From NCBI GenBank assembly GCA_964016885.1, contig OZ024742.1, positions 145,886,001 through 145,950,000 on the forward strand: a stretch of DNA of 64,000 bases, written 5' to 3'. Shown here in pieces: positions 63,871 through 64,000 of the stretch. A program made the translations under genes and the position numbers. The notes beneath the pieces are model-generated. The model did not search any database and was not told the DNA's origin. It worked only from the letters and a program-made list of their open reading frames with translations. Position 1 is the stretch's first letter, and each line of letters opens with the position of its first letter. This DNA is from Eledone cirrhosa (lineage: Eukaryota).

Positions 63871-64000
63871 GAAGGTAATATAGAAAATAAATAGATGTTT
63901 AAATCTGTCTATTTAATATCTCGATTGTGTCAGAGATATCCAACCATACTTATAATTCAAAGTATGTAAAAATCGAAGTGTTTGTTTTGTTTTCTTTTTT

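Overview
AT-rich, repeat-dense animal genomic DNA, most likely an octopod cephalopod (inferred from the dominant tRNA-derived SINE and RTE families). One spliced host gene is supported: a minus-strand BIVM-like gene with 8 coding exons from 41532 to 14717. All introns are GT-AG with compatible phases, giving 1872 nt and 623 aa, and there are possible extra 5' exons up to about 60.2 kb. The Cys of the family's conserved QYxxSCG motif reads Ala here (QYPSSAG), and the protein has long acidic tracts at both ends, suggesting a catalytically dead, divergent paralogue. The rest is a mosaic of mobile DNA: at least three Penelope-like elements (PLEs), CRE-, R4/Dong-, RTE-, CR1- and L1-type LINE fragments, a maT/DD37D transposase relic, hAT, Tc1 and piggyBac MITEs, about 20 SINEs, and mini- and microsatellites. 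The most notable non-coding signal is a set of type I hammerhead-ribozyme motifs (about 8, intact to decayed), both in PLE termini and in short non-coding repeats. Family assignments come from recalled motifs, not database searches, and repeat boundaries are approximate unless a TSD or TIR is quoted.
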